Origin: Eledone cirrhosa
Lineage: Eukaryota
Assembly: GCA_964016885.1 (NCBI GenBank)
Contig: OZ024747.1
Span: 39,618,001 to 39,682,000, forward strand
DNA: 64,000 bases
Direction of reading: 5' to 3'
Shown here one piece after another: positions 11,743 through 25,515 of this stretch. Each line of letters starts with the position of its first letter. Position 1 is the first letter of the stretch. A program made the translations under genes and the position numbers. A model generated the notes under the pieces. The model searched no databases. It worked only from the letters and a program-made list of their open reading frames with translations, and had not been told where the DNA came from.

Positions 11743-14700
11743 TTGAAAAAATTCAGGACCAACATCTCCATTACTCAATGTAAACAATCCCGCTACAAAG
11801 CCAAATATGAAGCTATCGATGACCAAATTGAAGTAGAAATTTCAAAGCTAACGACTGATATTATAGCTGAAAAACTACGAGAACTATGGATCAGAGATAT
11901 CTCAAAAGAAGAAAGCAAATCAAGAAAGTTATGGCAGCAGAAACAATTATTTCTCGACGAATATGCTGCAAATTACGGTAAAGACTCTGGAACTCTGAGA
12001 AAAAGCATGAAAAGTGGACAATCTCGCCAACACAATATACGCCAGAACACGAGGCAACACAAACACTCATCTCACCTTGAATCAAAGAAGTACTACGGTA
12101 AGAACTCTTCGCTTTTTCTAGAAAAACACCCTAACGCACACAACATGAATAAAAAGCACAAACACGATAGATATTCCTTTGACCAGACCATGGGAAGTAG
12201 AAAAACCAGGAGATTATTCTCAAGATCTCAAGAGAGACTACCCACAAGTAATGGGGAAAAACCGTAGAATAACCAGATCACTTTCAAGGTCTCAACAGAG
12301 ATTACCCACAAGAAACTGGGGGGAAAATGATCTAAACCTGAAAGCAAACCTGGGTCATTTTCCCAAATTGTTAAAAATAATGCCAACAAGAAATGGAAAA
12401 ATAATATAAATAATATACATAATACCAAAAATAGGACTAAAAACATAACGAAACTAAGTATAATATCACGACCAAAAGTTCATCAAGCAAACACCAACAG
12501 GAATATAAATCCTGAACAGAGAAAAATCCCTTTTTTTACGTCAGGACAACAAAAACCGGAAAAAGAAAAACTCCAGGAGGAATCATATCCAAAACAATTG
12601 AACAGGTAGATCCTAAAATAATTAATTTATCCAAAAGAGATCTTGACAATGATGAAATGCAAATTCTGTCAAAAGGACTGAAATTCACGCCGACTCCAGC
12701 AGTCAACCACCAAGAACTAAAGGAGGATACCCAAGAATTCTGTCGTAAATTACGACTTGTAGAATTCTTCGCTGATAAAGGTAATGAGAGAGATGAATCA
12801 CTAGTAAAGAATAAATATAATTTCACTCCGCCAAAAGCAAGAAATATTATCTCGACCAATACATTGATATCCTGTCTAAATTTCCTCTTAGACGTAATAC
12901 TAATGTTAGGCCTAACATTAACAAATCGGAAATGTCTGCACTTAAACGTATACAAAATAATAAAACAATAATAATTAAACAAGCAGATAAAGGGGGTGTA
13001 ATTGTTATAATGAATGCTGAATACTACAAAGATTTGGTTGAGGAACAACTGAAAGACACAACATTCTACCATGAAATACCGTCAAATATAGACCACAACA
13101 TCATGAAGAAGATCAAAACCTGGCTTCAAAATACTACAACTCACTTACTGATGATGAAAGAGACTACATCACCAATTTTGAGCCAAAACCCAGCAACTTT
13201 TATGGTTTACCAAAAATTCATAAGTCAAAAGAAATCCAACTGGCAGTAAAAGAACAAAAACGTGAGTACATTAAATTACTACACCCAAAAGACTTAAAAC
13301 CTAGACCTATTATAGCTGGTCCAACATGCCCTACCCACCGTCTAAGCAATTTTGTTGACATTAATTTGAAACCACTATGTATTCACATACCCAATTTCAT
13401 CCGGAATGATATCGATTTCCTGTCCCATCTTCCCAAATCCACGGAAACGAATTCACTTCTACTTAATGTTGATGTGGTAAGCCTTTACACCAACATTACA
13501 CATGATTTAGGAATAAAGGCGGTTAAATACTGGGTGGAAAAACATAGAGAAGTGATTCCCACCAGATTCACAGTGCCATTTATATCAGACTTATTCTGGA
13601 AAACAACACGTACATCCAAATTAGAGGCACACGATGGGACGAAGTTTGCTCCCGTTTACGCGAACTCTGTAAAGGGATACTTAGAACAACAACTCTACCA
13701 AGAAATAGAGGGAAAATATAGTACTGAATTTAGAAAGTACATTGGAAGAGATACATTGGCGACTGTTTTATCATCTGGACAGAATCTCTAGATACTCTGG
13801 ATGAGTTCAATATCCTCCTAAGTAGCCTACGCCCATCTCTCCAATTTACGAAAGAAATGACTAGAACCAAATTACCATTCCTGGATATAATGGTAATCAA
13901 AAACGACACCACCATTACCACGGATATATACTATAAACACACAGACACCCATCAATATCTGAATTTTAAGTTGTGCCATCCACTTCATACAAAACGCAAC
14001 ATCCCATGCTGCCTAGCCAGAAGAATGTGCACCATTGTAGAAGATACGAATACCAGGAACAAACGCCTAGCAGAACTGAGAGAATTTTTGCTTAAACAAA
14101 AATACCCATCTCTACTTATAGAAAATGGCATACAGCGGGTTATAAAAATACCTATACAACAATTTAGGACAACCCAAGGAAGAAGAAACCAAGAACTGGT
14201 CATACCATTTATAATGACACACAACCCATGTCACCAGAATATCTTCAACACTGCCAACGCAAACCTACCGATCATTGCTCAAAGTAATGACTTAAAAGGT
14301 TTAATCACAGACCGAGCTTTGATTCTTAGTTAAAGACAGCCGGAAAATTTGAAGCAATTACTAACAAAGGCAAAGTTTGACCTTAACAACAAAGTTCAAT
14401 CATTCACTGTATCTAAATGCAATGATAGTCGATGTGGCACATGTCAGTTCATACAAACTGGTCAATATATGAACACAAAAACTGGAAAAATATTCCCAAA
14501 TGCAAATATGATCTGCAAAAGCAGAAATCTAATTTACTGCATTAAATACCCGAATTGTGAAGAACTATATGTCGGTCAAACTGGAAATACACTATCGGAA
14601 CGTGCACGGTTGCACCGACGGCAAATCAGAGACCCAAATGTCCGTCAGATACCCCTGAGTAACCATCTAGCAACATGTGGTTAGAAAATATTTATAATAT

Positions 14701-14780
14701 TTCCATTCTACAAACTACACATCCCAAGTGAAATCAAGAGAAAATAATTTTATTGATAAATTCTAACCCAAGCTAAATGA
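11743..14780 (+). pseudogene. Penelope-like retroelement ORF (RT + GIY-YIG), Neptune-like, frameshifted
   Basis: LSKGLKFTPTP, IKQADKGG, FYGLPKIHK, DVVSLYTNI, WKRYIGDCF (YxDD decayed), LPFLDI, Cys linker CNDSRCGTC, NLIYCI...YVGQT. Confidence 0.9.
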
Positions 14781-15196
14781 ACAATATCATGCTTAGGGGT
14801 ATTACTTCTACTATGACTACGCCTACGACCATATCGACTACCACCACTAACAACAACAACAATAATAATAATAATAATAATAAAAGTGATGTTGATGTTG
14901 ATGATTACTGAAGATTTTTCATAAAAACCCTAGACAATACTATTTTCATCATTTCTAAAAATAGCAAAACAATTGATGCTTTGGATAGGGTCAAATAGAA
15001 GTACTTAGACATGCTCAACCAACCGTGACGCCTAAACCTAGCAGCTTTAGTAATCTAGTGAACCCACACACCAATTGGTGGAAATACAGTTTGCAAAACT
15101 TAGCATTTTGTAGCCCCTTTTTACTGTATATAAGGCACATATTTTAGCCATCTCATTGCAGTTGAAAATTGCAAACTTGTCTGTTACCACTGAATA

Positions 15197-15235
15197 TGAA
15201 CCTGAAGATTGCGAAAGCATGAAAGTACTTGTTCA
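15197..15235 (+). ncRNA. Minimal hammerhead in the 3' pLTR of the PLE
   Basis: TGAAC CTGAAGA TTGC GAAA GCAT GAA AGTACT T GTTCA; palindromic stem III. Confidence 0.75.
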
Positions 15236-15509
15236 ATCAACATTTAACATTTAATATTCTACCATACTATTTCATTATAATATCATTATCATTTTAAAGG
15301 ATTGTAAATAAAACGAGCAAATCAGACAAACTTGGAATTCCTTTTATCAATATATATATATAAGTATGTATGTATGTATACGTACATACATATATGTATA
15401 CAGACGTACAGTAGTATGTATATGTATACACACATGCACACATATATATATGCACGTATCGGTTTACCGAACATTTATTATAATGCTCGGTTTGTTTGTT
15501 TGTAAACAA

Positions 15510-15587
<78 letters not shown>

Positions 15588-15959
15588 TATATTATATTAT
15601 ACCATTTTGTATTATTTATGTTCATACACTGAACAAAAGATCTACCTAAGGTGTCAACGTCCAATATTGACCATATCTCAATAGTGTAAGAATGATCTAT
15701 CTAAGTCCCTGAAGATTGGGTCACAATTTGTATCCCGCCCTACAATCAGGAGATATGGTCAATATTGGCCCTTGAAACCACAATTGCCACAATTGCCACA
15801 ATTACTTCTCCTATAAATTAACTACATACATATGTATGAATACTCTTGTTATTTTGCCTACTATCCCTTGGCATGTGCAGCCATTTTCAATGCTTATTCC
15901 AATTCTCTACCCAACTGAACTGTATACCTGAGATATTTCTTATCTGTGTATGTGGGACA

Positions 15960-16201
<242 letters not shown>

Positions 16202-17214
16202 ACTGGTTGCCATGGATCCAAGTGGTTTTGCATAAATTCAGCCTCAGCTACTCAAATCCACTATATAAATATATCCAAGTATAATCGTATATATATCTAC
16301 TGAGTACTGGTATGTATTAATCCTTCTCTACTTTCTAATTTACTTTCTCAATCAAATATATTATGTAATTTATAATTCGTTTATTTGGAATGTTCAAACT
16401 GTCTAAGAAGTAATTAACTTCCCATCAACGTCTGTCTGGCGTATAATTAATGGAAGCAGAGGGAACGATAAACGTATTCTTACACTTCAATATACAGTGG
16501 CATTCTCAGATGTTGATGAACATTAATAGAAAGTAATTTAAGTGTAGATATGCATTCCAATATCTTAGTAACTACATTTATTGAAATGGGAAGAAATATC
16601 CGTTTCTGAGCTCTGTAAAATATCTGGATAGAATATTGATCTGTCTGACGTCAGTCGACGCTTGATATTGCTCAATGGTGCTTCATTGTATCCACTACCA
16701 ATTTATGTATGTTTTAAATTACCCTACCCACTGCATGTAGCTGTATATAGATGACATTTGTAACTCAAACCATTTCAGTGATATACACAGGGTATATTGC
16801 ATTTTCTGGCAGTTCTAAGTCTGGATTAGACACTAGACATGTTCTAAAGAGTTACTGCATTTAGTTATAACATGTTGTGTTGCACATTTTATAATTAATG
16901 ACATATTTTAAACGAACTAGCATTGACGTGAGAAGAGTTCAGTACGATCCAGTTTCAGAACCAACACCACACTTAGGTACTAATGTCAAAACTTATTTCG
17001 AACAATCCTACAATAATTTTATGTATAGACGTATTTTATTCATGTAGAGTAATTTTGTTTAACTGGCTGCCCCGTGCCGTCTAAAATGGCGGCTAACGGG
17101 TAAATGTGTATTTGTATATACCTTTCAACTGCGGGCGTTTTATATTCTTAATAATTTTAATTTATTTCGATATTGTTAGGGACTTGGCTTCTTGAACAAC
17201 ACATATATTCAGAC

Positions 17215-17846
<632 letters not shown>

Positions 17847-17984
17847 GTTGTGTGTGCATATATATACATTTATATGTATGAGTAACACTGGTGTAGCGAA
17901 CGCTGTTTTCTATAGTGTTTCACCAGCGCCCTGCCTTTCACACTTAACACATAGATGTGTGTGTATGTAATCATTGCAGAGAAT

Positions 17985-18628
17985 TGGCAGTATCGGTAGA
18001 GGGTCGGACGCCATGCTCTCCAGTATAGTTACATCCCTTTACGATCTGAGTTCAAATCCTGCCGATGTTAACTTTGCCTTTCATCCTTACGGGGCCGATA
18101 AAATAAACTACCAGTAATGCACTGGGTAATTGCTGGTCTTGTGCCTAAAGTAGAAACAATTATTTTGTATACTGTATCGGTAGAGGGTCAGACATGCTTT
18201 CCAGCGTGGTTACGTCCCTTTACGATCTGAGTTCAAATCCCGCCGAGATTAACTTTGCCTTTCATCCTTACGGGGTCGATAAAATAAAGTACCAGTAATG
18301 TACTGGGTAATTGATGGCCTTATGCCAAAAGTAGAAACAATTATTTTGTATAATGTATATGTTTATGTATATGTATGTATTTACATCCAAATATTGAAAC
18401 ATAGATGAGTTACCTCCCTTTGCGTTACGTACAAACACACAAGGGCATTGGCAGTATCGGTAGAAGGTCGGACGCCATGCTTTGCAGCCTAGAGTTACGC
18501 CTCTTTATAGTCTGAGTTCAAATCCCGCCGAGGTTCACTTTGCCTTTCATCCTTACTGGGTCGATGAAATAAAGTACCAGTAATGTACTGGAATAATTGA
18601 TGGCCTTGTGCCAAAAGTAGAAACAATT
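17985..18628 (+). mobile_element. Three near-tandem copies of a tRNA-derived SINE with a Nin/Deu-like core
   Basis: A box-like TGGCAGTATCGG, B box GAGTTCAAATCC, core GCCTTTCATCCTTACGGGGTCGATAAAATAAAGTACCAG; copies at 17985, 18175 and 18448. Confidence 0.85.
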
Positions 18629-18639
18629 ATATATTATTA

Positions 18640-18925
18640 GATGCTTCTTTCATCAGTCCCCAAATTGTTCAGCAATTTTCAGAGGAAGTGGAAGCTTTTT
18701 GCAACCTCTTCATATGGGTCAATCTTCTTGCATAACTGGATTATGAAGCAGTAATGGAGTTTATTTAGAACTTTCATCCTAAACACGCCAGCTCCTCTAA
18801 AAAAAAGCACTGCCACTTGTTCCAGCTGTAAATGTCTATGTAGTAATGCGTTTGGAAGCATACAAATAATTTGAGGTGATATCTTCTCCCAAACTTTTGT
18901 TTCTAATACATAAAGCTTTACCTGA
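18640..18925 (-). pseudogene. Possible degraded hAT/ZMYM1-like transposase fragment
   Basis: FRMKVLNKLHYCFIIQLCKKIDPYEEVAKSFHFL resembles a hAT C-terminal helical region; recognition from memory only. Confidence 0.3.
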
Positions 18926-19098
18926 TTTGTTTAATAAGCAAAAGCAAAATGATATAAAATGATATAAATGAGCTTCAAATAGATTAAAACTGAGGATATA
19001 AATTGTTTTAAACACTATCCCTGTAGAATGACTAAAAATAGTATATTACTACTTCGCTAAGTGTTAGTTTAAATCCAAGCTCATCTTCTAAGTTATAT

Positions 19099-19200
19099 AA
19101 TTGTTTCTACTTTTGGCACAAGGCCAGCAAATATCCAGTACATTATTGGTACTTTATTTTATCGACCCCGTAAGGATGAAAGGCAAAGTCAACATCGGCG
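19099..19200 (-). mobile_element. SINE (Nin-like), 5' truncated
   Basis: Reverse complement of the 17985 family. Confidence 0.8.
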
Positions 19201-19721
19201 TTATATAATGTTATATAATGTTATATAATGTATATTTACTCTGATCCCCTTCATTAATGATCATAATTATAATATGCTATTTAAATCTGAACCATTATTC
19301 TTTCATATTTATTTTTAAACAATTTGAGTATACAAATTGCTGATCTTGTAATGATTTTCAAATGTGAATTTGGGTACATAATATTGCTAAATCTGAACCT
19401 CAAAGACTAAATATGCTATTCAAATAGGAAAATATGATGCTGACATATTTATGAAGGCAATTATGCTGGTATTGCACAAACAATTAAAATACTATTAACA
19501 ATAAGATGCAGCTGCTTTTTACACAAACATACCTTAAATGATATGATTTTAAATGATTTAATTGACGGAGAAATATCTAATACCTAGCAATCGACTAATT
19601 CACAGATGCCCTGTTTCTCCTAACCGCCTTTTCTGAAATATCATCAGCTCAACTTAACTGAAAACACACCATTGCAGAAATATCAGTCTTTCATAAAATA
19701 TAGTGCTGTTAGAGATAATAA

Positions 19722-19910
19722 TTATTTCTAGTTTTGGCACAAGGCCAGCAATTACCCCAGTGTATTACTGCTACTTTATTTCATCAACCCCGTAATGATA
19801 AAAGGCAAAGGTAACCTCGGCGGGATTTGAACTCAGACCATAAAGGGCCGTAACTCTATGCTGCAAAGCATGGCATCCGACCTTCTACCGATACTGCCAA
19901 TCCACCGCCA
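19722..19910 (-). mobile_element. SINE (Nin-like), full length
   Basis: Reverse complement of the 17985 family. Confidence 0.85.
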
Positions 19911-20510
19911 ATCCACCGCTGCTAGGGATAATAATGATATAGTTTCGGTGAAGGCCTACAGAGGTCTAATATAAATGGGATGAATGTAAATAAGTAAAGA
20001 GACATTAAAACTCCAGATAGATAAAAAGATTACTAAATAAATATATATATAATGTGTAAAAAAACATAAATGAAATGATGGGTAAAAGTTTATTTAAAAC
20101 ATAGTTAAACTGATAGCAAAATGTATGGTTAGATATTATGTATCGACTATGACCTTAAAACTTCAAACGAAACGAATGAAACTGACTGAAGCTCTTAAAA
20201 TACAGACAGTAATAAGGCCCAAAAGAGTTTCTTTCAAACACTTTCAAACATTTTCAAACACTTTTCCATACTTTTTTTAATCTATTTTACACGGTCTCTA
20301 TTTATACATTAACTCAACACATCTCTGTTTATTGACTTTCTCCAAGTAGTCTTGATCTTCCTATTAATCTATCTTGCATCCATTTACCTATCAATTTATA
20401 TATCTTTGTCTCTGATTAAACACGCTTTGCTATAGCTACTTCCCAATCTGCATATTTGTTGATTTTGTCACTCTATGTCTTTCTGTCTCCATGTATGTAT
20501 CTATATATTT

Positions 20511-20910
20511 CAGGTCGCTCTCGAGTGCTACTGGTAACATGTAACACAGTACAACCTGTCTCATGGTCGGATCGTCGGTGACTAAATCGGCAACGCAAGC
20601 TATCTTGGTGAGAAGGGTGATATTTGGACACCCTGCGAGATGAAATGCAAGACCCGGCAAAGGGCGGAGTAACTCAACAGAGTCAACAGCCATCTAAATA
20701 GTACTTCTTTTTTTTTTCACCTGGGAGTGAAAGGTCCCGAGTGGTTGTCACAACACCTTTCTAAGAGAGGGAAACTCTAAGAAAAAAACCTACGGCTTCA
20801 GAAGCATGCGATGATGCTGACAAGTTCTCCTTTTCGTGTAGTGTTTTCGATGCTCAGAGAGTGGGGTTGGTCGAGTGCAAGGCCTTTCCCCGCTTAACAA
20901 ACCTTCAAAG
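20511..20910 (+). mobile_element. Probable structured 5' region of an RTE-type element
   Basis: GC-elevated non-coding block with hairpins; resemblance to RTE leaders is from memory. Confidence 0.35.
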
Positions 20911-21135
20911 AACACGCACATTGCTTATTCAGGATCTGTTATAGATGGCTGACCGTAGCCTGAAAGTGCACCATTTTCTGTAATCTGACAAGCGATCGCA
21001 ATATTCTTAGCAGTTTGCAGCCATCATATATATATATATGAAATACCAATGACCGTTGGCAAATCACTGATGAGGGACTCATTTTATAACATGTTATCCA
21101 TGTGCAACCATGCAGTATTCTTCTCCCCATATTTT

Positions 21136-21177
<42 letters not shown>

Positions 21178-21697
21178 ATAATAATAAATTTGAAGACTAA
21201 AATCCAAAGAGGGCTCGATAAGGATAAATAAATATCAAATATATAAGTACCGTAGAGCAAATATTTATTAAAATAATAGATTAAAGTTTAAGCAAAGAAT
21301 CGCTGCTTTCACCCTTAACGGGATCTTCTGAAACTAAAAAAGTCAATCTGGGAACGCATAAGTAAATATTTCAAAAAAACGTTGCAACCGGAGGAAGACA
21401 GGAAGACGATACTTGGTTCGTTGAAACGTTCCCTGACAAAGAACGGAAAAAAAAACGAAGATAATATGTCATTATTTGGAGCGGGGAAAAAAATTACACG
21501 CAAAGAAAAAACTACGTTTATGGTATAAATGAAGTCGTAGACTAATATTCTATTAGGCGGTTCATGGAGACGTTCTCTGGCAATGAACGGAAAAAACGAA
21601 GATAATACGTCATTATGTGGAACAATGAGAACAATTGCACACAAAGACAAAACCACGTAAAAAGACCTTTGTTTTTTCCGTTCATTGCCAGAGAACG

Positions 21698-22263
<566 letters not shown>

Positions 22264-22587
22264 TATATGCATGAATGTATGTATATATTTATATATTTGT
22301 TTTGCAAACATTACAATACAACGGGAGGAAACATTATATTACCCCTGATGTTATCACAGATGTGTGACAAAAGAACTTTGATAGACTATATATATTCATA
22401 TCTGTATTTCTAACAGTTGGTCAATCAATGACGAATTAACTACTGAGATATAAAAGATACAGAGCGAAAACCAATCCCAACCAAACAGTGAGTGTGTTTT
22501 ATTATTATTTCTGGCAATATTATAACAATATGACACTCCCCAAATATAAAAATATATATATATATATATAACGGCGATGAATTAGTT

Positions 22588-23121
22588 TTGCGAGGTTTTT
22601 TATATGAAATCGTGTGTCGAAACTTAAAAATTAAGGTGGTAGAAAAGCCAGGAACCACCATAAAATCCCTGATCAGCAAAATCTACCCTTTTAAGAAAAC
22701 CCACTGTACCAATAGGAAATGTATCATATGTAAGATAAACCCCCGAATAAACTGTAAAACTAGAAACGTAGTCTATAGCATAAGATGTACAGAGGGTACT
22801 TGCAGAAACATGACAACAGCATACATAGGTGAGACAGCTCGTAGCATAGGTGAAAGGATAGACCAACACTGGGGGGAACTAAAAGGACGGAAAAACGGGT
22901 CAGTACTATACGAACATGCTAGACAACAACATGACGGTGACATAGACAACATAGAAATTAGAATATTATCTAAACATAGAAATGACCCAGCAGATAGACA
23001 AATCAGAGAGGCCAGTGAAATAGAAATTAGAAGACCAAGACTATACAGAAAGAATGAATGGAATAACAACAACACCCAAACAAACAACACTGACCTAAGA
23101 GAAGTATCAATAAGTAAATAA
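22588..23121 (+). pseudogene. GIY-YIG endonuclease of a PLE (Naiad-like), 5' truncated
   Basis: KVVEKPG...C..C..C...C..RNVVYSIRC..C...YIGETARSIGERI.QH; direct repeats at 22440-22550 and 23490-23605. Confidence 0.85.
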
Positions 23122-23354
23122 AATAAAATAAATAAATAAATAAATAAATAAATACATACACTGCACAATAACAACAAGCACATAAACACACACTAGTCAC
23201 CCATCACACATCAAACAAAACACTATACACACACGCAAACGCATCCGCAAAGAAGATAAAATAAAATAAACAAACAAGCAAATAAGTAAATAAATATATA
23301 GACGGACTGAATAAAAATGGCGTAGACATACAATGCAACGGGAGGAAACGATAG

Positions 23355-23398
23355 CACCACTGACGATGTTGCAGATGTGCAACGAAAGGTTTATGATA
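23355..23398 (+). ncRNA. Minimal hammerhead downstream of the GIY-YIG ORF
   Basis: CTGACGA T GTTGCA GATG TGCAAC GAAA GGT TTA TGA. Confidence 0.7.
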
Positions 23399-23598
23399 AA
23401 CTATATATATGTGTTTGTGTCTATATTGTATCTGTATTATTTTTAACCGTCGGTCAGTCAATGGCAACATTGAGGACCGAGTAAGTTAGATTACCGATAT
23501 AAAAGACACAGAAGCGAGAAGCGAAAACCAACCAAGCAGTGAGTGTGTTCTGTTATTAATTCTGGCAATATAACACAAATATGACCCTCCCCAAGTAT

Positions 23599-23630
<32 letters not shown>

Positions 23631-23639
<9 letters not shown>

Positions 23640-24039
23640 TTAAAAAATAATGAATAAAACAATGAAACAGTTCCTTATATTAAACAAAAAAAGTTCATTA
23701 TTTAACGATCGTTTCTAGGACATATATGTGTTAGAATTGGCATGCATATTCAAAAGATCTATGTACAAAATTATACAAAATTATACAAACTATCAAATAG
23801 AATATACATACCAACACATACATATGCCGATTTCTGAAGACGGCATATGTATGTGTTGGTATGTATATTCTATTTGATAGTTTGTATAATTTTGTATAAT
23901 TTTGTACATAGATCTTTTGAATATGCATGCCAATTCTAACACATATATGTCCTAGAAACGATCGTTAAATAATGAACTTTTTTTGTTTAATATAAGGAAC
24001 TGTTTCATTGTTTTATTCATTATTTTTTTAATATTTTAT
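23631..24039. repeat. Near-perfect palindrome, 199-bp arms, 11-nt loop
   Basis: 23631-23829 is the reverse complement of 23841-24039; loop ATTTCTGAAGA. Confidence 0.92.
23830..23970 (+). ncRNA. Hammerhead with ~114-nt stem II region
   Basis: ATTT CTGAAGA CGGCATATGTATGTGTT...AACACATATATGTCCTA GAA ACGATCGT T AAAT. Confidence 0.75.
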
Positions 24040-24170
24040 CTTGACTCTGTATTCCGTTTATCTTTCACCGAAAGTGATTTTTGAATGCATCTCTTCTTTC
24101 CATGATATCCGGATTACATTGAGTTCTTCATACGGATTGGACACTACCGTAAACTTTTGGTAGATTTATC

Positions 24171-24201
<31 letters not shown>

Positions 24202-24407
24202 CCTAAACGGAGGGTAGTCCGTTTAGTAATATTGTTGTGGTCGTGTTTTCGTTGGCAATCGTCTGTTTACGACAGTACAGCGCGGCTCTACTTTATTTAA
24301 CTGAGATAAAACTTATATGAGCATGAACAGTGGATCATTACGCATATATATATATATATAAAATTAGAATTGGTGCTCTGAAATAGTGATATATATATGA
24401 ATGTATA

Positions 24408-24686
24408 TGTGGGTATGGTGTGGCGTGCGGTGGCCGGGGGCGGGGGGAGTGCTCGACCGGAAGGGGTTTTTGAGTGCTCGACTGGAAGGGGTCTTTGACC
24501 GGAAGGATGCTCGACCGGAAGGGCCAGGAGAGGGCCTCTCTCTAGTGGTGACCAGCATACGGTGAGGACGTGTTTTGGGCAGCTCCCGGTTTTAAGCAGT
24601 CGGACGCACGTGGAAGAGGAGTACCTGCAGTGGAATTTAGCGGCGCCTGTGAAAAGCGGTAAGTGAGATAGCTTTTTCTAACCACA
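24408..24686 (+). repeat. 5' LTR (279 bp)
   Basis: Last 16 nt GCTTTTTCTAACCACA recur at 28142-28157. Confidence 0.8.
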
Positions 24687-24753
24687 AGCTATTTCGGCGC
24701 CTGAAAAAAAAAAAAGAAGAAAAGAAAACACTTGCCGCAAAACAAATCAGAAG

Positions 24754-25515
24754 ATGGCGACAAGACTACGGATGAACGAAGCTATCAGGCCATTCACCGG
24801 GGAAGGTGATGTTGTCGCTTGGCTGCGGAAGGTTCGGCTGGTCGCGGGCTTGCAGAAGATAGAAGACGTGGCCGGTCTCATTGCATTGTACCTCGAGGGC
24901 GACGCGTTGGTACTCTTCCTTGAGTTGGACGAGCACAGCCAAAGAGATGTGCAGAAGATTGAGAGGCGCCTGATGGATGCATTCGCCGAGGGACCGTTGG
25001 CGGCTTTTGCTAAGCTGGCGAGAATCAGGTGGAATGGTGAGCGCGTCGACATTTTCGCAGCGGAAATAAGGCGGTTGGCTATGTTAGCGGGTTACCAGGC
25101 AGAATGTGAACGCACGGTGCGGTTGGCATTCATCAATGGATTTCCGGACGACATAGCGGTGAAACTGCAGCAAGTCCCGGGGTACAAGGATATGGAAATG
25201 CGTTCACTGGTGGAACAAGCCCGGATCATAGCGGAAGATGCCAAAAAGAGTGTCACAGCGAAAGCGACTACGAAGGCTCAGGACACCTGGCAGCGAAATG
25301 ATCAAAGGGAGGCAACCTCGGCACGCGGCCGTTCGCGAGAATTTAAGGGCCGCTGTTTTAGGTGTCAGGGCCCGCATATGGCTAGAGACTGTAGAGAGTC
25401 GAAGCCGGATATAATCTGCTACCGGTGTAAGCGACCAGGCTACATCGCTACTAACTGCGACCAGGGAAACGGTCCAAGGGGAACTACTGCGCCGGTAGTT
25501 GCCCCTTACGAGTAG
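24754..25515 (+). CDS. gag: Gag with two zinc knuckles
   Basis: CFRCQGPHMARDC and CYRCKRPGYIATNC; open 253-aa ORF. Confidence 0.88.
   Translation: MATRLRMNEAIRPFTGEGDVVAWLRKVRLVAGLQKIEDVAGLIALYLEGDALVLFLELDEHSQRDVQKIERRLMDAFAEGPLAAFAKLARIRWNGERVDIFAAEIRRLAMLAGYQAECERTVRLAFINGFPDDIAVKLQQVPGYKDMEMRSLVEQARIIAEDAKKSVTAKATTKAQDTWQRNDQREATSARGRSREFKGRCFRCQGPHMARDCRESKPDIICYRCKRPGYIATNCDQGNGPRGTTAPVVAPYE
25464..25507 (+). promoter_or_regulatory. -1 programmed ribosomal frameshift signal
   Basis: G GGA AAC in gag phase, 5-nt spacer, hairpin AAGGGG AACTAC...GTAGTT G CCCCTT; -1 frame is open into the protease ORF. Confidence 0.8.

Noticed and set aside
15696-15790. CTGAAGA...GAAAC hammerhead candidate
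   Set aside because: No stem I or III pairing and no NUH triplet found.
16400-17104. Possible piggyBac remnant ending AACGGGTAAA
   Set aside because: No partner TIR or clear transposase motif.
21290-21335. Minus-strand CAGAAGA...GAAA motif (relative at 32040-32085)
   Set aside because: Core and stems too degenerate; possibly a decayed HHR.
23121-23600. SECIS or selenoprotein Naiad
   Set aside because: No in-frame UGA in the ORF and no convincing SECIS fold.
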